A DNA stretch of 64,000 bases from Takakia lepidozioides (lineage: Eukaryota > Plantae > Bryophyta): the NCBI GenBank assembly GCA_030704615.1, contig CM060734.1, positions 7,316,001 to 7,380,000 on the forward strand, written 5' to 3'. Of this stretch, positions 1 through 14,439 are shown piece by piece. The position numbers and the translations under genes were made by a program. The notes beneath the pieces were generated by a model. The model did no database searches, was not told the origin of the DNA, and saw only the letters and a list, made by a program, of their open reading frames with translations. Every line of letters starts with the position of its first letter. Position 1 is the first letter of the stretch.

Positions 1-179
1 CATTGCCCTTGCGTAACTAGTCTATTAGAGCTGATCGGGAGGGCTTTGACGCGGTTCTAGCGAGAGGGTAATGAAGAAGAGCTACCAAGTGGACGTTAGC
101 CTTCGTAGTACGATAAGAAGTCGTAGCTTCTGGTGGTAGTTCGTTTGAGGGAAAGGAGGAGGCAGGTAGTAATTAAACA

Positions 180-455
180 ACAACAACTGCCCTAGACAGA
201 TTGACAAAGGATAAGGCGGCCTCCATCCGCTTTCAAGCCAAATGCAAACAAATACATCTGCGCCAAACCCCCAACCAAAAAGTGGCTAATTGACAGCATT
301 GTTACCCCGGCTGCCACTTATGGTTGTGAATTATAGGCACATGGTGTCCCAGTTTCCTAGTGGGAAAAGAATGTGGAATGAGTCATCTTTCTCCAAACAA
401 TGCTTGGCGCCAGAGGCACAACTCCATCTCACATCCTAGGTGCAGAGTTCGCATG
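180..455 (+). mobile_element. Degraded non-LTR retrotransposon (LINE) fragment, post-RT region
   Basis: Manual translation around 280-345 gives KWLIDSIVTPAATYGCEL*, resembling the YGxExW segment downstream of LINE RT domains; broken frame. Confidence 0.4.
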
Positions 456-3266
456 TTGTTGAAAAAAAACGTAGATAGAACAACAAAGAGGATTGTATAG
501 AAGCTCTCCACCCAACCATAGAAGCATACAACATGAACAACTGATATGTGGCTTCACCCCCGAGCTTCTTATATAGTTCTAGCTAGGCTAAAAGCAATCG
601 CCATTTAGAATTACTTTTACTATATGTGTTAAGTAGTCCCATAATGGACTAAAGTACGACGCCTCCCCAAGGAAGCGTAACTTATGGAATCACTTCACTC
701 CCCAAGGGCTACAGCCTTCCGCTAGGAAGGTGGACACCTTCATGACACACCAGACCGTGGTGTGAACCCACAAAGAACAATTCTCGGAACATTAGGGGTG
801 TCAATTTCTGCTACGATTGTCGAATCTCTGCCACTTCAACTTTGACGACAATTTCAGTATCCCATGTACAGCCATTTTAGTTGGCATGTTATTGCTACCA
901 CACTAAAGTGCTGAAATTTCTATCACGCTTTGAATTTGCTCTCATTGCAAAGGCCAGTGAATTGATTAGTCAGCTAGTGTGAACAGGTTTGTGATCTGAA
1001 ATAGTCTAGCCAAGGACATGATCCCTCAGTCAAGTTCTTTAGCTTCATGTTATGTATTAGTACCTTCCAGCAGTCCAACTAGTCTTCTCACAATATCAGT
1101 CTCAAACTCTGATGCATAGAGAGACTTCATTAATATTCCTTGGGGAAAATTTCAGGAACTAGTAGAGAGACCTACTTAGCTTGCATTTCCTGATCCCTGG
1201 ACTCTGTGAGGGATGATTTGACATGAAATCTCAGATATTGAGTTCCAGCTAATCTGTTGCTGTCTAACTGAAGCCACCATGGACACTTATCAAATGTTTT
1301 CACCCCAATTCGAGCCTCTTGTTTGTCTCTATATTTGATACAACGCTTACAAGTTACTTGGCTTTCCAAAATAAGCTGTAGGGTGAATACACGAAGTGGC
1401 ACAATAATTTGTTGTTGTTTACCTGCAGTTCCAGGTGACCACACCAGTCCAATTGACGGATGGCCACTTGCCATCGACACTCCATTTGCAAGTGCGAGAA
1501 GTGCAAGTTCAGTCGTGGAGAGATGTCAAACTGCACTGACGGGCAGTAAGACGTGCAGCGCACGTGAATGCGATTATTCCCAGATACTCATCTACACAAC
1601 AGGATGCCCTGTCTACATAACTTTGGTAATGCATTTTGATATGGCTGACATGGACTTAGTGTAAGGTGCAGACGTTGGAAGTCAATTTTACATTCAACAT
1701 ATCATATGGTGAATCCTGAAGGGACACAACTCTTACACATTAAGTTGTGATCTGTGTGACTTAGACCTATTGGTTGTATGAATAGTCAATGCTCAATTAC
1801 TCTCTCTCTCTAATTTCTACAAGACTGAAGACTGCAGGCGCCAATATGCCAACGTCCAAGTCCAAGCCATGCTTACCAGAGTTCTCTGCAAATATGTGCG
1901 GTATGCTAGATGCCGGTGGTTCTGAGCGTGTTCGCAACTGATTCTTCACTATTGTAGGTGGGCAAGTCCACCTTCCCGCCGGAAGGCAGTAGTCCTCCTT
2001 CGGGGTCAAGAGACACCATAATTTACGCTTCCTTTGGGAGGCGTCATATTACATTATTACAGGTGGGCAAGAATCAGTTCTAACGCCCAAACGTGTATGT
2101 AACGGCTGAACGCACGTTTGGATGCTTCGCATTCTGACCTCTTCAGCATACTGTGAAAATTGTAAAATCAGACAATATACATACTGGTGGAGAAGGACTG
2201 TACTACTTTTAGGACGTTGTAACGCCTGGTTCTTGGGAAGATACAAAGTCCAAAGTTTACATAGCCGTCCCTGCCAGTCTGGAGACACTGCACTCGTTTG
2301 TTTGCAGCGTTTCTCTTTGGAGAGGATGATAGAGAAATTAGGCAGGAGGGTTTTGTGATAACAGCTACTCTAGGCATAAGTTTCCTGTGTCTTTGGCAGC
2401 GTCAGCTTGAAGGTGTGAAGGAACCTCGTTCTTCAGATCCCACGACACCCTTGTGAACCTAACGTCGTTGCAGCGATCGTATATAGGGCCACTTGTGAAC
2501 ATGCGACCTCGAGTACATATGAGTTCAAAATCTTTCATACCCGGTGGTCTAAAACAGCTTTGAGTGGTCAACAAGCTCCTTGTTCACCTATTCCAGTAGT
2601 TCCTCCTTATAACTGATGTCTGTCCTTGGATTAACTTCCCATTTTTATATAGATCTCGCAGTGTGATCTCGCCCTAGCCTTCACTTCAATTTCTACTTCT
2701 TACTTCAAAGCCCGAGCTGCCTTCATCAGTAGCTGACAGACTCTAAAACTCTGTTTCGATGATATGAAATCCAATGAACATCACGGAATAGTTCTCATGA
2801 AGTCCTATGAAATCTCCGTTCGTTTTATATCAGTTACTGAATTGCCCAGATCCTGTTTTACAGCCGTCATCTGCTAACTTGGCATGATGGCCTGCAGCAG
2901 CAATCTATCCCTCGAGATCTTCCAAGTTTCAGGTTTAAGAGATTATATTGAAAAATGCGAGATAATGTGAAACTTGCAAATCACTAATAGATCAGTACTT
3001 AACGCTAGGAAGCTTAAAACTCCATCGATTGGTCAGCGTCTTTTCAACGAAGAAGGATATAAATGTTCAAGACACATGCAATAATTGTTCTAGCTCAGTC
3101 TGCAAGGTAACCCTAAGCGCATTCAAAATCCTGGTTAAAAGCTCTCAATGAATATAAGCTGAATTGCTCATTACATTGACCATCAGCTAGATCTGATTCT
3201 GAGCTTTAAAGCCTGCGAGAGTGTAACATCACACGCTTTAGAACCTACTTCCGGTTCAAACTGAGA

Positions 3267-6200
3267 ATGGGCAGACCTAATCCGCTCGGTGGTGCCCGCA
3301 AACAATTCATGCGAGTTCTCATTCTTACCTCAACACTAACTTGCTGCCAAGGTTCAGAAGTATCGAAGCTTCCTGAATCACACGACATGCCACATATTTT
3401 TACGTTGAGCTATGGTTACACAACCACCTTAAATCACCTTGAAATTTCAAGAGATTCCATGAAGCAGAAAGGACAAAGTAGTATTAGAGTCTTCAATGTC
3501 ATGTCAGAAGGGGCGAAAGGAGATGGCAGGTTTGATGATACACAGGTACATATGTCTTCGAATTCTTATTTTTTTAAATCGTACATTGTAACATGTATAA
3601 AATTTAGATAGCGCAGAGCAAGCTAGGAATAACGCAATGATCTGAGATAGAACTGTTCCAGAAATGAACAAATAGCAAATGACAAATACATTAATTTTGT
3701 GTACAACTTGTCCAGAAACCCAGGTTTTCGAATGAGGAAATTCTGTGTAGCAGCTTCGGTCCTCAATCTAGTCTAAAGGTCAAGCATATATAGTAGTGCA
3801 GAAAAGTCGACCTTGAACACAGTTTTCAGTGTGACGGGAGGCCGTTTTCTTGTTTTTGAATGTTAAGACCATAAGAAGCTTGAATGAAAGCTGAAAGGCG
3901 GTTCAGGTGGGTACATTATTTTCTGAAAACTGAAAAAATCTTTCGAGCTACTGCAAAAATGGTGATCAGATCATGACTTCATAGTTAGGACTTGTTCTGA
4001 TAGCACTGGGAAGTAGAAGTGCAAGCTTCTGAAGGAGGACTTGCTTTAAAATTGGAATCTGATGGATCGAGCGATGCGGTTCTAGGCATTGCAAAAAGCA
4101 TGGAAGAAGGCCTGTAATTGGCATTCGGCAGCCACGGTGTATGTGCCATCCGGATCTAAGTTTCTCCTCAGGCCCTCCACATTTTCTGGGCCTTGTGCCT
4201 CCAATCTTCTTCTGAAGGTACGTAAAAGGATGCCATCTAGCGCGCAAAGGAGGGTGTGGTATACATCATGTGCCAGTGCCTCGCCTCCAAGTAGGAGGGT
4301 ACTTTCTAGCTCAGCAATTTACATGATGCCGTGGCATGGTTCTTTCGATCTTTGACGTAGGACGTCATATATCGATCTTTAATACCTCTGTACTGATGAA
4401 CAGGTGGAGGGAACAATAGTTGCATTGGACGAACCAAACGCGTGGCCTGCCACAGCAGGCTTCAACCGCATATGGCTCGAGTTCAAGGATCTCAACAATT
4501 TCTCACTAGTGGGTCCAGGAGTGATCAATGGGCGTGGGAAACGATGGTGGGCCCAAGCTTGCAAAGCAAGCATGAGCTCCGTAGGTGCTGCTTCCCTGTG
4601 ATTAAAAAGTTAAACAATAAACATGGCCTTAGGGTGTCATGGCGGAAACCCATGAGCCGTACATATATATATTGTTTGAAATCATACTGTAAAGATCAAC
4701 AGAAGTTGCAACAGATTCATGCCCAGAAGTCATTCTCTAAGTAAGATTCTTGTTCCGAGCTCTAGCACTGCAACTCTCATATAAACTCATGAATTTTATG
4801 CTCTACTTTTAGTGCTCCATGCAGTACAGCTCTGAAATAGCTTCTAAGTCAAATTACTGACAAACGATGGCTGGAGGTCTGTTTGGCCGTTGGTGCTGTG
4901 TCTACATTCTGGGGAGTATTATATATGCGCAGGATTGCCTGCAATCCGCCGAGCCTCCAAATGTGAGTTCTTAGCGACTTCTGAATTCTTGAGATCTTAA
5001 TCAAAGCTAGACTTTTAAACTTGACAAATTCTCTTCCAGAAGAAATACTTGTAGTCCAGAAGCTGATTTCTGTAAGAGCAATCTGTTAACTTATTCCGCA
5101 AGACCTAGATAAGGTTGCTTAGGGACACTTGCTCTCCAATTTTGACCCAACTTTGATCTCACTTGGTCGATCTTTGCTATATCCGCAGGCAGTGGTCTTC
5201 ACACGATGCACAAACATCCGGGTCAGCAATTTGAGGATAAAAGATAGCCAGAAGTTTCACCTCACGTTTGTGGACTGCAATGGTGTGCTAGCCACTGGTC
5301 TGCACATCACAGCCCCCGGGACCAGTCCCAATACAGATGGAATTCATATCAAAGGGTCTCGATATGTTTACATCCGAAACTGCAAAATTGCAACTGGTGA
5401 GTCTAGATTTACCAGTTGGCTTGTCTCTTTCATCTTGGTTGAATATTTCATTTTTGTACCGAAAAACCTTCAAGGTGACATCTGTTGTAATACTGGTAAC
5501 ATCAATGTAGGGGACGACTGCATTTCCATTCAGACTGGGTCATCGAGGTTGCTCATTCAGGACATCGAATGTGGACCCGGCCATGGCATCAGGTATCTCT
5601 CACAAATACTGAATGCAGTGTGGCACTCTTTCCCGGTAATTTGTAAGCGTTTCCCATTTTGGTGGGATAGACAGGAAGAGACAGACATAAAGAAGTTCGA
5701 GAAGTTTTGCAGATCGAGCGATGAGGGTGCATTCTACAATCGGAAGACAAAACGGTTCCCTCATTTCAAAATGGAGGGGACCTGAGAATGAAGAAGACTG
5801 GTACTATTACTCTGACGAAAGCCTCAAGTACAAATTCTAGATAGATCACACATTTTAACAGATAGCTGAAACATATCCAGACACATGCTCATACTTCTCT
5901 CTTATGCTCCTGACAGCATTGGTAGCCTTGGAAAGGGGAGAACTAAGGCTTGTGTATGGGGCGTGACGGTAAACCGTGTAACCTTTGATTACACCACCAA
6001 TGGCTTTCGCATCAAATCATGGCAGGTAGTTAGTTCCTGCGGCAACTATGAATTCAGTTTCATTTACTGCCCGAACCTTCTAGATCAAGTTCACAGTCTA
6101 TATCACTAGAATAATATCTCATGCAGACCAAAAGTTCTAAGTTGAAACTTCCCCGTACATTCTGTTCATCAAGCTATGGGAAATGAGAGGCGCTGCTGCT

Positions 6201-7217
6201 CCTTGTCATACCCTGCACCCATGCACAAATGGATGATGAAACAAGCCGAACACCTAATCATTGAAATCTAGTTCAGTCGCCGTGAGGTGAAGTGGCTCTT
6301 AGTTACTCAGGCTTCGACCGGAGTCTTCTTCTTTCGAAGTCTACTCATAGCTGAGTCAGTTCATTCATATCAGCAGCCAACACGATGTAGGTCCATGATC
6401 ACATCTGCAAATGTTCCGTAGGGTATGAATGTGTGCCAGATATATATCATCCGAGCGAAGAAAAGACAATCAAAAGCAGGATGAAAGTCTCCAGAAGAAG
6501 GTTGCTTTAGATTGAGATGGTAAGAGCTAAAAACTTTTATGTCTGATTGTCCATCGGAACACTCATCTTTCAGGGGGGCTCTGGCCATGCCCATGGCATG
6601 AAGTTTCTGAATGCAAAAATGAACGGTGTCCACACGCCGGTGTCTATCAACCAGTATTACTGTGACGCCCCCTCCCCCTGTGGTAACCAGGTACACCTTC
6701 AATTTTCCATACATCTGCTGTTGTGGTGCCTTGCCCTTGCAAATTGCAATACGTAATGCGGTTCAAGCAAATCACATATTGTTCAATACAAATAGATCTA
6801 GATTTTTGACTTGGAAATCTGAGTGCCCAGGACAGTAGTGAGGCACATGTATGTAAACAATATAATATCTTGGATGCTTGACAATCTGGAAATGAATCTG
6901 AGCCAACTGGTAACATTTTCAACCTGCAGACATCTGCGGTTGCAATCTCGGAGATTCTATTTGCAAACATCACAGGGACATCAGCAACAAGTCTGGCTGT
7001 AGATCTGCAATGCAGCGACCACGTGCCATGCAAAAATATTGTTCTACAGAACATTAGTTTGAGGCGCTCGGTAGACCGTCGAAAACGTGTGGAGTTCAGC
7101 TGCTGGAAAGCCTATGGCTTCGTCTCCGGTGTGAAGGATCCCATGAGCTGTGCGCTTGCAAGGAATCCGGGGTCCTCTACGAAGGAGACTACTCACAACA
7201 AACATCGCTGTCTCTAA
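3267..7217 (+). CDS. Polygalacturonase (glycoside hydrolase family 28), 9 exons
   Basis: GT-AG exons read from sequence: 3267-3545, 4086-4217, 4404-4580, 4933-4962 (30-nt micro-exon), 5189-5396, 5511-5592, 5917-6025, 6574-6690, 6930-7217. All four GH28 motifs present (SPNTDG, GDDC, CGPGHGISIGSLG, RIKSW), plus GAKGDG..DDTQA and a hydrophobic N-terminus. Confidence 0.93.
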
Positions 7218-7617
7218 TCTGTTGTAGAACGCTGTTCAAATAGTTTTGTTATGTCCAGTATTGCTTGTGCATCGACTAAAGATATGCATGCAGCTGCTTT
7301 ACTTCTATAATTTATCTAACACCAACACTTACAAAAACTTGAATTTCTCAAACTTGGAGGGTACCCTTAGGCTTCTGGACACTAGGGGCACCAGGGGCGA
7401 CTGGATTTTAGTGTCCAAATTGCAATTGATAGACCTTGGAAACTACTCGACAGCGCTGGTTTTTTTTAAATCGCATTCTACAATATGCATGCATCTAGAT
7501 GATAATTCAATTGTGGGATTGCTCTGTATATAACATGTTGCCCAACAGGACACTTTATTCGGATGGGTATAGGTGCACAAGGTGTAGGGGAAGGCCCTCA
7601 GTGGAGGGCCTTCCCCC

Positions 7618-7789
7618 AACGTGAAAACCTGACCTAATATTGAACAGCAGACGCTTACAAATTTGTAAGATTACCTGCCAGCGTGGGAGGACCTTACAAG
7701 CCCCGTAAGGTACCTCCAAATAGGAGGAAAGTTCTGGTCGGGAAGGTACCTCCAGATAGAAAGGAAAAATTAGGTCAGGTTTTTACGTT
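7618..7789. mobile_element. Small inverted-repeat (MITE-like) element
   Basis: AACGTGAAAACCTGACCTAAT at 7618 pairs with ATTAGGTCAGGTTTTTACGTT ending 7789; a GC hairpin (GGGGAAGGCCCTC-agtg-GAGGGCCTTCCCC) lies just upstream at 7587-7616. No TSD identified. Confidence 0.4.
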
Positions 7790-7794
7790 CAAAC

Positions 7795-8486
7795 CAGTGT
7801 TAGGAGGGTATTACTTTTTCTAATACCAGCCAGGTCATGGTATTGAAAAGAAATTAGTATGATTTTTGATTTGTGGACGGGTATCAATAGGATGGGTATT
7901 CCAATCTAATGCCAGCCGGTTATCAACCCGGATATAAATAATTAAAATTAAAATAACCACTAAATCATTTTTTAAATCATTAATATCTCTTTAATTAAAT
8001 TTAGAAGCATACTTGATTTCACAAGGAAATGAATTATTATGTTGCGAAATTCAGACTTTGCATTACATAATAACGTTGCAGATTTTAGTATGCAAAGTGA
8101 AGCAAGCTTAGTTAAAAAAAGACTCATTGCAACCCTCATCGTCAAATAAACCAGCATTTGCAATGAGGTCCTCATATTCATCAATCATGTGCCAAAAAAT
8201 GAAGAATAGTGGCGGGCAATTGGGGCTAGACGCACTCTGACATGTGCACCCGCCCAATTTCATATCTATACCATGGTATAGTCCTTGTTTTTGCCCATAA
8301 TACGGGTATTGGATGGGTATTGGCTTTGGCAATACCAGCCGTTTGTTATTAACCCTAGTATTGGAATTGCCAATACCAGCCGGTTCGGTTATTAACTCTA
8401 GTATTACAATAACCAATACCAGCCGGGTCAGTTATTCAATACCCTGGTTGATACCCGGCCAGACCCTATATACCAGTCCAACACTG
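7795..8486. mobile_element. Non-autonomous hAT element (692 bp)
   Basis: Termini CAGTGTTAGGA ... TCCAACACTG; perfect 8-bp TSD GTTCAAAC at 7787-7794 and 8487-8494; subterminal AATACCAGCC/GGTATT repeats. Confidence 0.85.
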
Positions 8487-9399
8487 GTTCAAACCTTCTT
8501 TTGGTGCAGTGTTTATTTGTGAAGACTGCAACGCCCTTCAACTTGCAAAAATGCTCCATATGAAGGGCAGAAAAATCAGGGCCCTTCAAAAGAAAGGCCA
8601 GATAAAATCTGAACCTTTCATCATGAATGGCTAAAAAAAATGAAACTTGCAAATGAAAGTCTAAGTTTAATAATGAAGGGTTCAGGGTACAAGTGCTTTT
8701 TGCATTGTGAGTCGTGTCAAGAACCTACACGGCCAGCCAAGTTGGAAGTTGCAATAGCCATTGGAATTTGAAAATTGGAGGTCCTAAATTCCAAAGGCTA
8801 TTGCAGTTTTGCCAATTTGCCAAATTCCATTCTCATTGCGTGGGCCCTTGCCCCCAAATGTGTGTACCGGGTATGTGTGGTGTACTCTAAGGCCCACTTG
8901 AGGCTTGGGGCTGTGGGAAATCGAGCAATCCTATTGGTCGAGAGCTTGGGGCCGGCCTTGAGAGCTTTAGACTAGGAGTCAAGGCCGAACAGCCTCTATG
9001 GCACCCATTTGGAGGTTATTTCTTCCTCCTCTTGTATCCCGGCCCGGCCGTGTTTTTTTAATATGATCTATAGGGCCTCTGTCCCCTTTTCTTAACTTAA
9101 AAAAAAAAAAAGGGCCGAAATCAAATAACATTTTTTATTCTACACAAGTTTGGCCTCAAGTCGGCCCCAAGGGGAGAAAAGGGACCCTCCTAACTTGGGA
9201 GGCCACCAACAAGGCCACCAACACTGCTTGGGGTCGTCCTCCCTCACACTGGAATACTATTTATTTCCTTCAATCTCCACCACACGATCCAATCCTCTCA
9301 TCTTTCCCTCTCCTCCTTCGGCCCCACTCCAACATTATATATAGCAAATTGTACACAATGAGAACCTATTCCATTTATAACAACAATTACATACTTTAT

Positions 9400-9626
9400 T
9401 GATCATACAGAAAGTCTCTCATATTAAATATATATCCATCTCTCTCTGTCTCTGTGTGTTCTTTTTGTGAGAGACACAGCTCTCCTTTATAGTTACACAA
9501 CTGAGTAGGTAGTCCAATGGTTACATAACCGATATATGTGACTTCTCGAATCACATCCGAAGAGTTGTGTCTGTCAGAATGTTGAAGCTGCAACTCTGTA
9601 TCGGCAACTTTCCAACACTCCCCCTG
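9400..9626 (-). mobile_element. LTR retrotransposon 3' remnant (PPT plus start of 3' LTR)
   Basis: Minus strand reads AGGGGGAG-TGTTGGAAAG at about 9626-9609, a typical polypurine tract/LTR junction; other end not located. Confidence 0.35.
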
Positions 9627-10347
9627 CAGCGAAACATTTAAGAATTTTTAAGTTTATCTTGTAAATTTGAATCTACTTGAAATTTTTCTAATTTCATGGT
9701 CCGAGTCCAATGAAGTTCATAGCGCAAGCGTGGTCCGTATCTCTCCTACCTTCACGAGGTCCAAACTTCATATCTTTATTCCTTGGCTCCTTCCAGAAAT
9801 TCTTAATTTCAATTCGTAGTCTTCAATACAACGCAGGACTTGCTTCTCCCCCTGGTTGCAGGTATGGACATGATGCTGCAATAACACGTCAGCGTCGGCG
9901 TCACATCAAGACGTGACGGTCGTCACGTCGAGTCCATAACAAGACATTCGTCGTGGTAATTTTTTTTTACTTTTTTTACTTTTTACTTTTTTCTACCACG
10001 TTGGCGACATCGAGGACGAAGGCGACCGGCCAGGTGACGGCTTGCCAAGGCGACCATCCAGGCGCCGGGCGCCGGGCAGGATGGGGCGCCGGCCCGGGCG
10101 ACCGCCACGTCAGCGGTCACCTGGCGGGATGGGCCGCCGGCCCAGGTGATCGCCACGTCAGCGGTCGCCACATTGCGCTGGTGGCCGCCACGTGGCGAAC
10201 ATCTTCCGGAAGGCGCTTGGGTGACCGCTTTTGAGCGGTCGCCCATATAAGGGGAAGGATGCCATTCTTGGCACTCACTTTCACTCTTCCCCTTTAGCTC
10301 TGTGGGTGTGGGATGCTTTGCATTCTGCCGAGCGGAGTTAGAGGAAG

Positions 10348-12170
10348 ATGGAAGCCATTGACACGGAGGGGGAGGTTTTGTCTCCGATTTTTATAAAATT
10401 GTGGGCTTTTCACCCCCGCATCCCATCTTTGGCTTCCAAACCCATTTTCTCAAAATTCATTAGGTGGAGACTAAATAGATCTTTGTGTGTTTCGGAGTTG
10501 GCCCCCCCTTGTGGTGTGTTATATTTTACTGTGACTTTGCTGAAATTGGTGAGTTTCGGTCAAACGATGTGACTGGAGCAGGTACACTAGGCCTTTACAT
10601 CATATAGAAATAAATGAGAGTTGTGTAAAGGCTATATAATATTATGAACGTTATAAAAATGACGGAGGAGGAGGGGCAACGGCGTAGGCACCGAGAGGAG
10701 GCGGTCGAACCAGGCCCCGCAGGGAAGAGAGGTGCCAAATGGAAGAAATAGGACCTCAATTGGGACGTTTACGATAGGCTGAAAATTCAAACGGCCGACA
10801 GATGGGATGCTATTCTGGAGGACAAACTGTAGACTATGGGGATGTGTAAAAAATTCGTGATAATGTGTCACATAAACCGTTTGTGGCCCAGGCCAAGACA
10901 TCAGATACACACTCGAAACAATTGCTGCGACGCCCCAACTTGCACAAATGCACATTTTCGCCAGAGAGCCGAAGATGTATACAAGACATTGTAGGGACAA
11001 CCAAAGTTGTACCGAAACTCCATACCATATACATTGGCAGCCATGGTGTATGTTGAGGTTGTTTTGCATAGGCGTGTGGATTGGCAAACAGCCACAAAAC
11101 GAAAAGGAGCGAAGCAGTACACCTTTAGCGACATCCCCGACCCATATGAGCCCCAGCCCCAAAGCCAGTTGAATGCAGCTGCAGCAACAGTAGCACTACC
11201 ATCACCCCAACGCGAGTTGAATGCACCTGCAGCAACAGTAGCACTGTCATCGTCCCAACCCGTATTGAATGCACCCGAAGCAACTGCAGCATAGCCTTTG
11301 TTGGAAAATGAATTGCAAGCCAAAGACCGACGTATCGCGGAGTTGGAGTACATGATGAATAGGCAAAGGCGTCAAATAGAGGAATTGGAGAGACAGTCCT
11401 CAATATTGGTCGACGATGTCATTGCACAAATAACTTATGATATTCCTAGCCCGCCCCGGTCGTCATTTGCTGTTGCACAGCATGCAAGGCTTGAATGTGA
11501 ACAGAGGACAAAAGACAATGAGCCTATGGTGGTGAGGGGTGAGTGTTCAGGAACAACTATTCAATCCGACACAACAATTGTTGTGGAAAATCTCATTAAG
11601 GAACGAGATACCGCAATGACGACTGCAAATCGGCTGGCCAGGGTAATAGACCTCAAAAGGTTTGTGCCATGTGAAGAGAGGTGGACGGAGTGGGTCATGT
11701 GGGCGAGAACTTTGGAATCAGAAGAAGTTTAGAAAGAACATGCACTATATCGACTACAACAAGTTGCACGGATGTCAGATCGTGTTGTGCAGAACATTTA
11801 TGCAAGCATGCAGCGCTATGAGGTATTTGTCACTAACGGAGAAAAACAAATGATGAAGAAAGAAAAAAACGTGAAGGCCAAGACGTGTCCGCCGCACTTG
11901 CCACCCATACATCCGAGTTTGAATCATTCACGGTGTGGGGTGATTTACATGGCATGTTTGACCTTTGTGAACATAGAGTTGGTGGAGGCAATGAGAGCAT
12001 AATTTGGGAATTTGAAATGGAGGAGGAATGGGATACTAGTGAGACACAAATGTCATCTCACTTGTTCAACAACAAGCGGGTGGAGTGCTCACGTCCTCCA
12101 ATACCATCATGGATCAAAGATGGCTCGTGTTGTCCGGTTTGCCTTAATCCATATGGTCCTGAGGGCCTAG
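10348..12170 (+). pseudogene. Unknown TE-associated gene 'X', copy 1 (IPYTLAAMVYVEV..DW block, coiled coil, truncated CPVC RING-like start)
   Basis: TATA-like ATATAAG near 10245; broken ORFs 11007-11294, 11298-11732, 11885-12199; clear homology to the minus-strand ORF 13648-13893. Confidence 0.45.
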
Positions 12171-12409
12171 TTATCATTCCTGACGTGACGTGGTGCTGAC
12201 ACGTCGGCCGTCACGTCACGTCGAATCCGGACGTTTACCCATGTAATTTTTTTTACATTTGACTTTTATGATTTACTTCTACCCTTTGTAATGACATGAC
12301 AGCCACGGTGTAAAACAGACGTGGCCAATTATTAATATTTATTAATTCTTTAAAAAAAAATGTGTCCGCTTATATTGGCGGTCACTAGTAATTTATTTAT
12401 TTTTAAATG

Positions 12410-12890
12410 AAGCGACCGCCCATATTGGCGGTCGCTTGTATTTTATTACATTTTAAAATAAGCGACCGCCTACATTGGCGGTCGGTTGAAGTTTATTATG
12501 TTTTAAATGAAGCGACCGCCCAGATTGGCAGTCGCTCGCACTTTATTATATTATTATTATTATATCTTTGATATATTCTGTAAAAATACAGCGACCGCCA
12601 TGTGGCGGTCGCTATATATATATTTTAAATTTAGCGACCGCCATTTAGCAGCGGTCGCTTATTTTTATTTTTATTCTTAAATAAAGCGACCGGTCGCTTA
12701 CTTAATATTTTTTTTTAAATGAAGCGACCGTCATTTAGCGGTGGTCGCTTATTTATATTTTGAATCTTGAATTAAGCGACCGCAAGTAGGCGGTCGCTTA
12801 TTTAATATATATATTTAAAAAGCAGCGACCGCTATGTGGCGGTCGCTCTTCTTGTTTTTATAAATATAGCGACCGCCATGCGGCGGTCGC
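12410..12890. repeat. Array of GCGACCGCC-N(3-6)-GGCGGTCGC hairpins with A/T-rich spacers
   Basis: About 10 units directly visible. Confidence 0.85.
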
Positions 12891-13299
12891 GTGTTTTTTT
12901 TTTTTTAGAAATCCAAGGACCCGCCGTGTGGCATTTTGTTTTTAATTTTTAATCATGAAGCGGCGCCTCAGCCAGCCACGTGGCGAGGTTGCCACGGGTC
13001 AAGAAAAACGAAACAAATGGGATGGGGGAGGTGGTTTTGAACCCTTGACTTCTCGCATGTGGGTGCGCGTGGCGAGGCGCCACTGGCCTGTCGCGCCTTT
13101 TCAAGCATAATGTCATTTTTTTATTTTTTTTTGGGGGGGCCTGGTGGGTGCCTATATAAACCATTCCCCCCTCATTTTCTGATCACTTTTGCCTATCTTG
13201 TGGTGCGGTTCCTTGGCATCCTGTAGTCCTTTCGGACTTCGTTGCTTGGCACTGCCAACGGGAGGTGCAAAGGTGATTATTTAGGGGGGGAGGTTTTGT

Positions 13300-14300
13300 C
13301 GGTTTTCTATTGGTCAGTCCCACACACTTGTTCACGGTACAATCATCGTATCACCATTTTGCCGTTTCCGGATCTCCGGCGGCCTGTTTAGCGGGCACTA
13401 TCAGGCTTGCAACGTGTCGCACGCATGTCGAACCATAGCGTGGATAGCATTTATGGCAACATGCAAAGGTATAACGATCTCCGCATCGCATCAAGCGTGT
13501 TCGCCAGATATACCAATTGGGCAGATGTGATCACTGGTCTCTTTCCGCCAATTGTTCCTCTAACGTTGCAGCCGGTTGTATTCCGAACGTATCCGTGATG
13601 TACTCCAAATCGTATAGCAACCTTGCATTCCTCCTACTAGCAGTTTGTCAATTCACTGGACGCAAGAGTATGACCTCCACGTACAACATGGCTGCCAAGG
13701 TGTACGGGATTTGACCCTTTAAGAGAGGTTGACCCCACAATGTGCAATGTATCTCATTCGCCCTATGCTGGAAATGCAAGTTCGTGCACGACCTAGACTC
13801 TGCGTAATTGTTTCGGGTTTGCACGTCATGCCTATCCAAAGGCCACAATCGATTGATGTGGTACAATTTCACGAATTTTTTGCATCTCGCCATTGGCCAC
13901 CGGAACTATTCTGGAACATTCTTCCAACCCTTTTCTGTTAGTATGCTAGGCTCACCATATACTTTCCAATTCAAGTCTTGCCTTGACCCTTTGATTTTCT
14001 TAGGGGGCGGTCCATGTTCATTGGGGTCATCTCTTCCATGACGATCATCGTCTTGGCCCTCTGCTATTCTGCAACAATCGAAGCAACACTACACGAGGTT
14101 TTCTAAAAAGACGTAACTCTAAACCCTTCCCCCGTTAAGTAGGTTTGAGTAGGTGTCAAAATAGTTCCTAAAAGCTAATTTTGTAGAATAAAATGATCCT
14201 GGAAGCCAGAGGAGGGCCTATGGGAGCATTCTGCAACGACCTCACAGAAATCGCGGCAAAAAATACCCCCTCACCCAACTAATGGCCTCCTTCTCCACGT
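13300..14300 (-). pseudogene. Unknown gene 'X', minus-strand copy
   Basis: ORF 13648-13893 contains GQIPYTLAAMLYVEVILLRPVN versus NSIPYTLAAMVYVEVVLHRRVDW in copy 1; a first-exon-like segment near 14250-14300 resembles 10340-10400; TATA-like GATATAAGCC near 14390 (-). Confidence 0.45.
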
Positions 14301-14439
14301 GACTACGTGTCGTGGAATAATGAAATGTCACGCACACAGAAGTTGTGTGGAGATGAAGTGAGGGGAGAACAAGCCTCCCTTGGCTTATATCCCCTTCCCC
14401 CCCAAAATTCCTCGGGCCACGTGCAGGGCGAATCTTCTA

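Noticed and set aside
1000-2900. Possible minus-strand gene upstream of the polygalacturonase
   Set aside because: Only short ORFs with no recognisable motif; I could not assemble a consistent exon chain.
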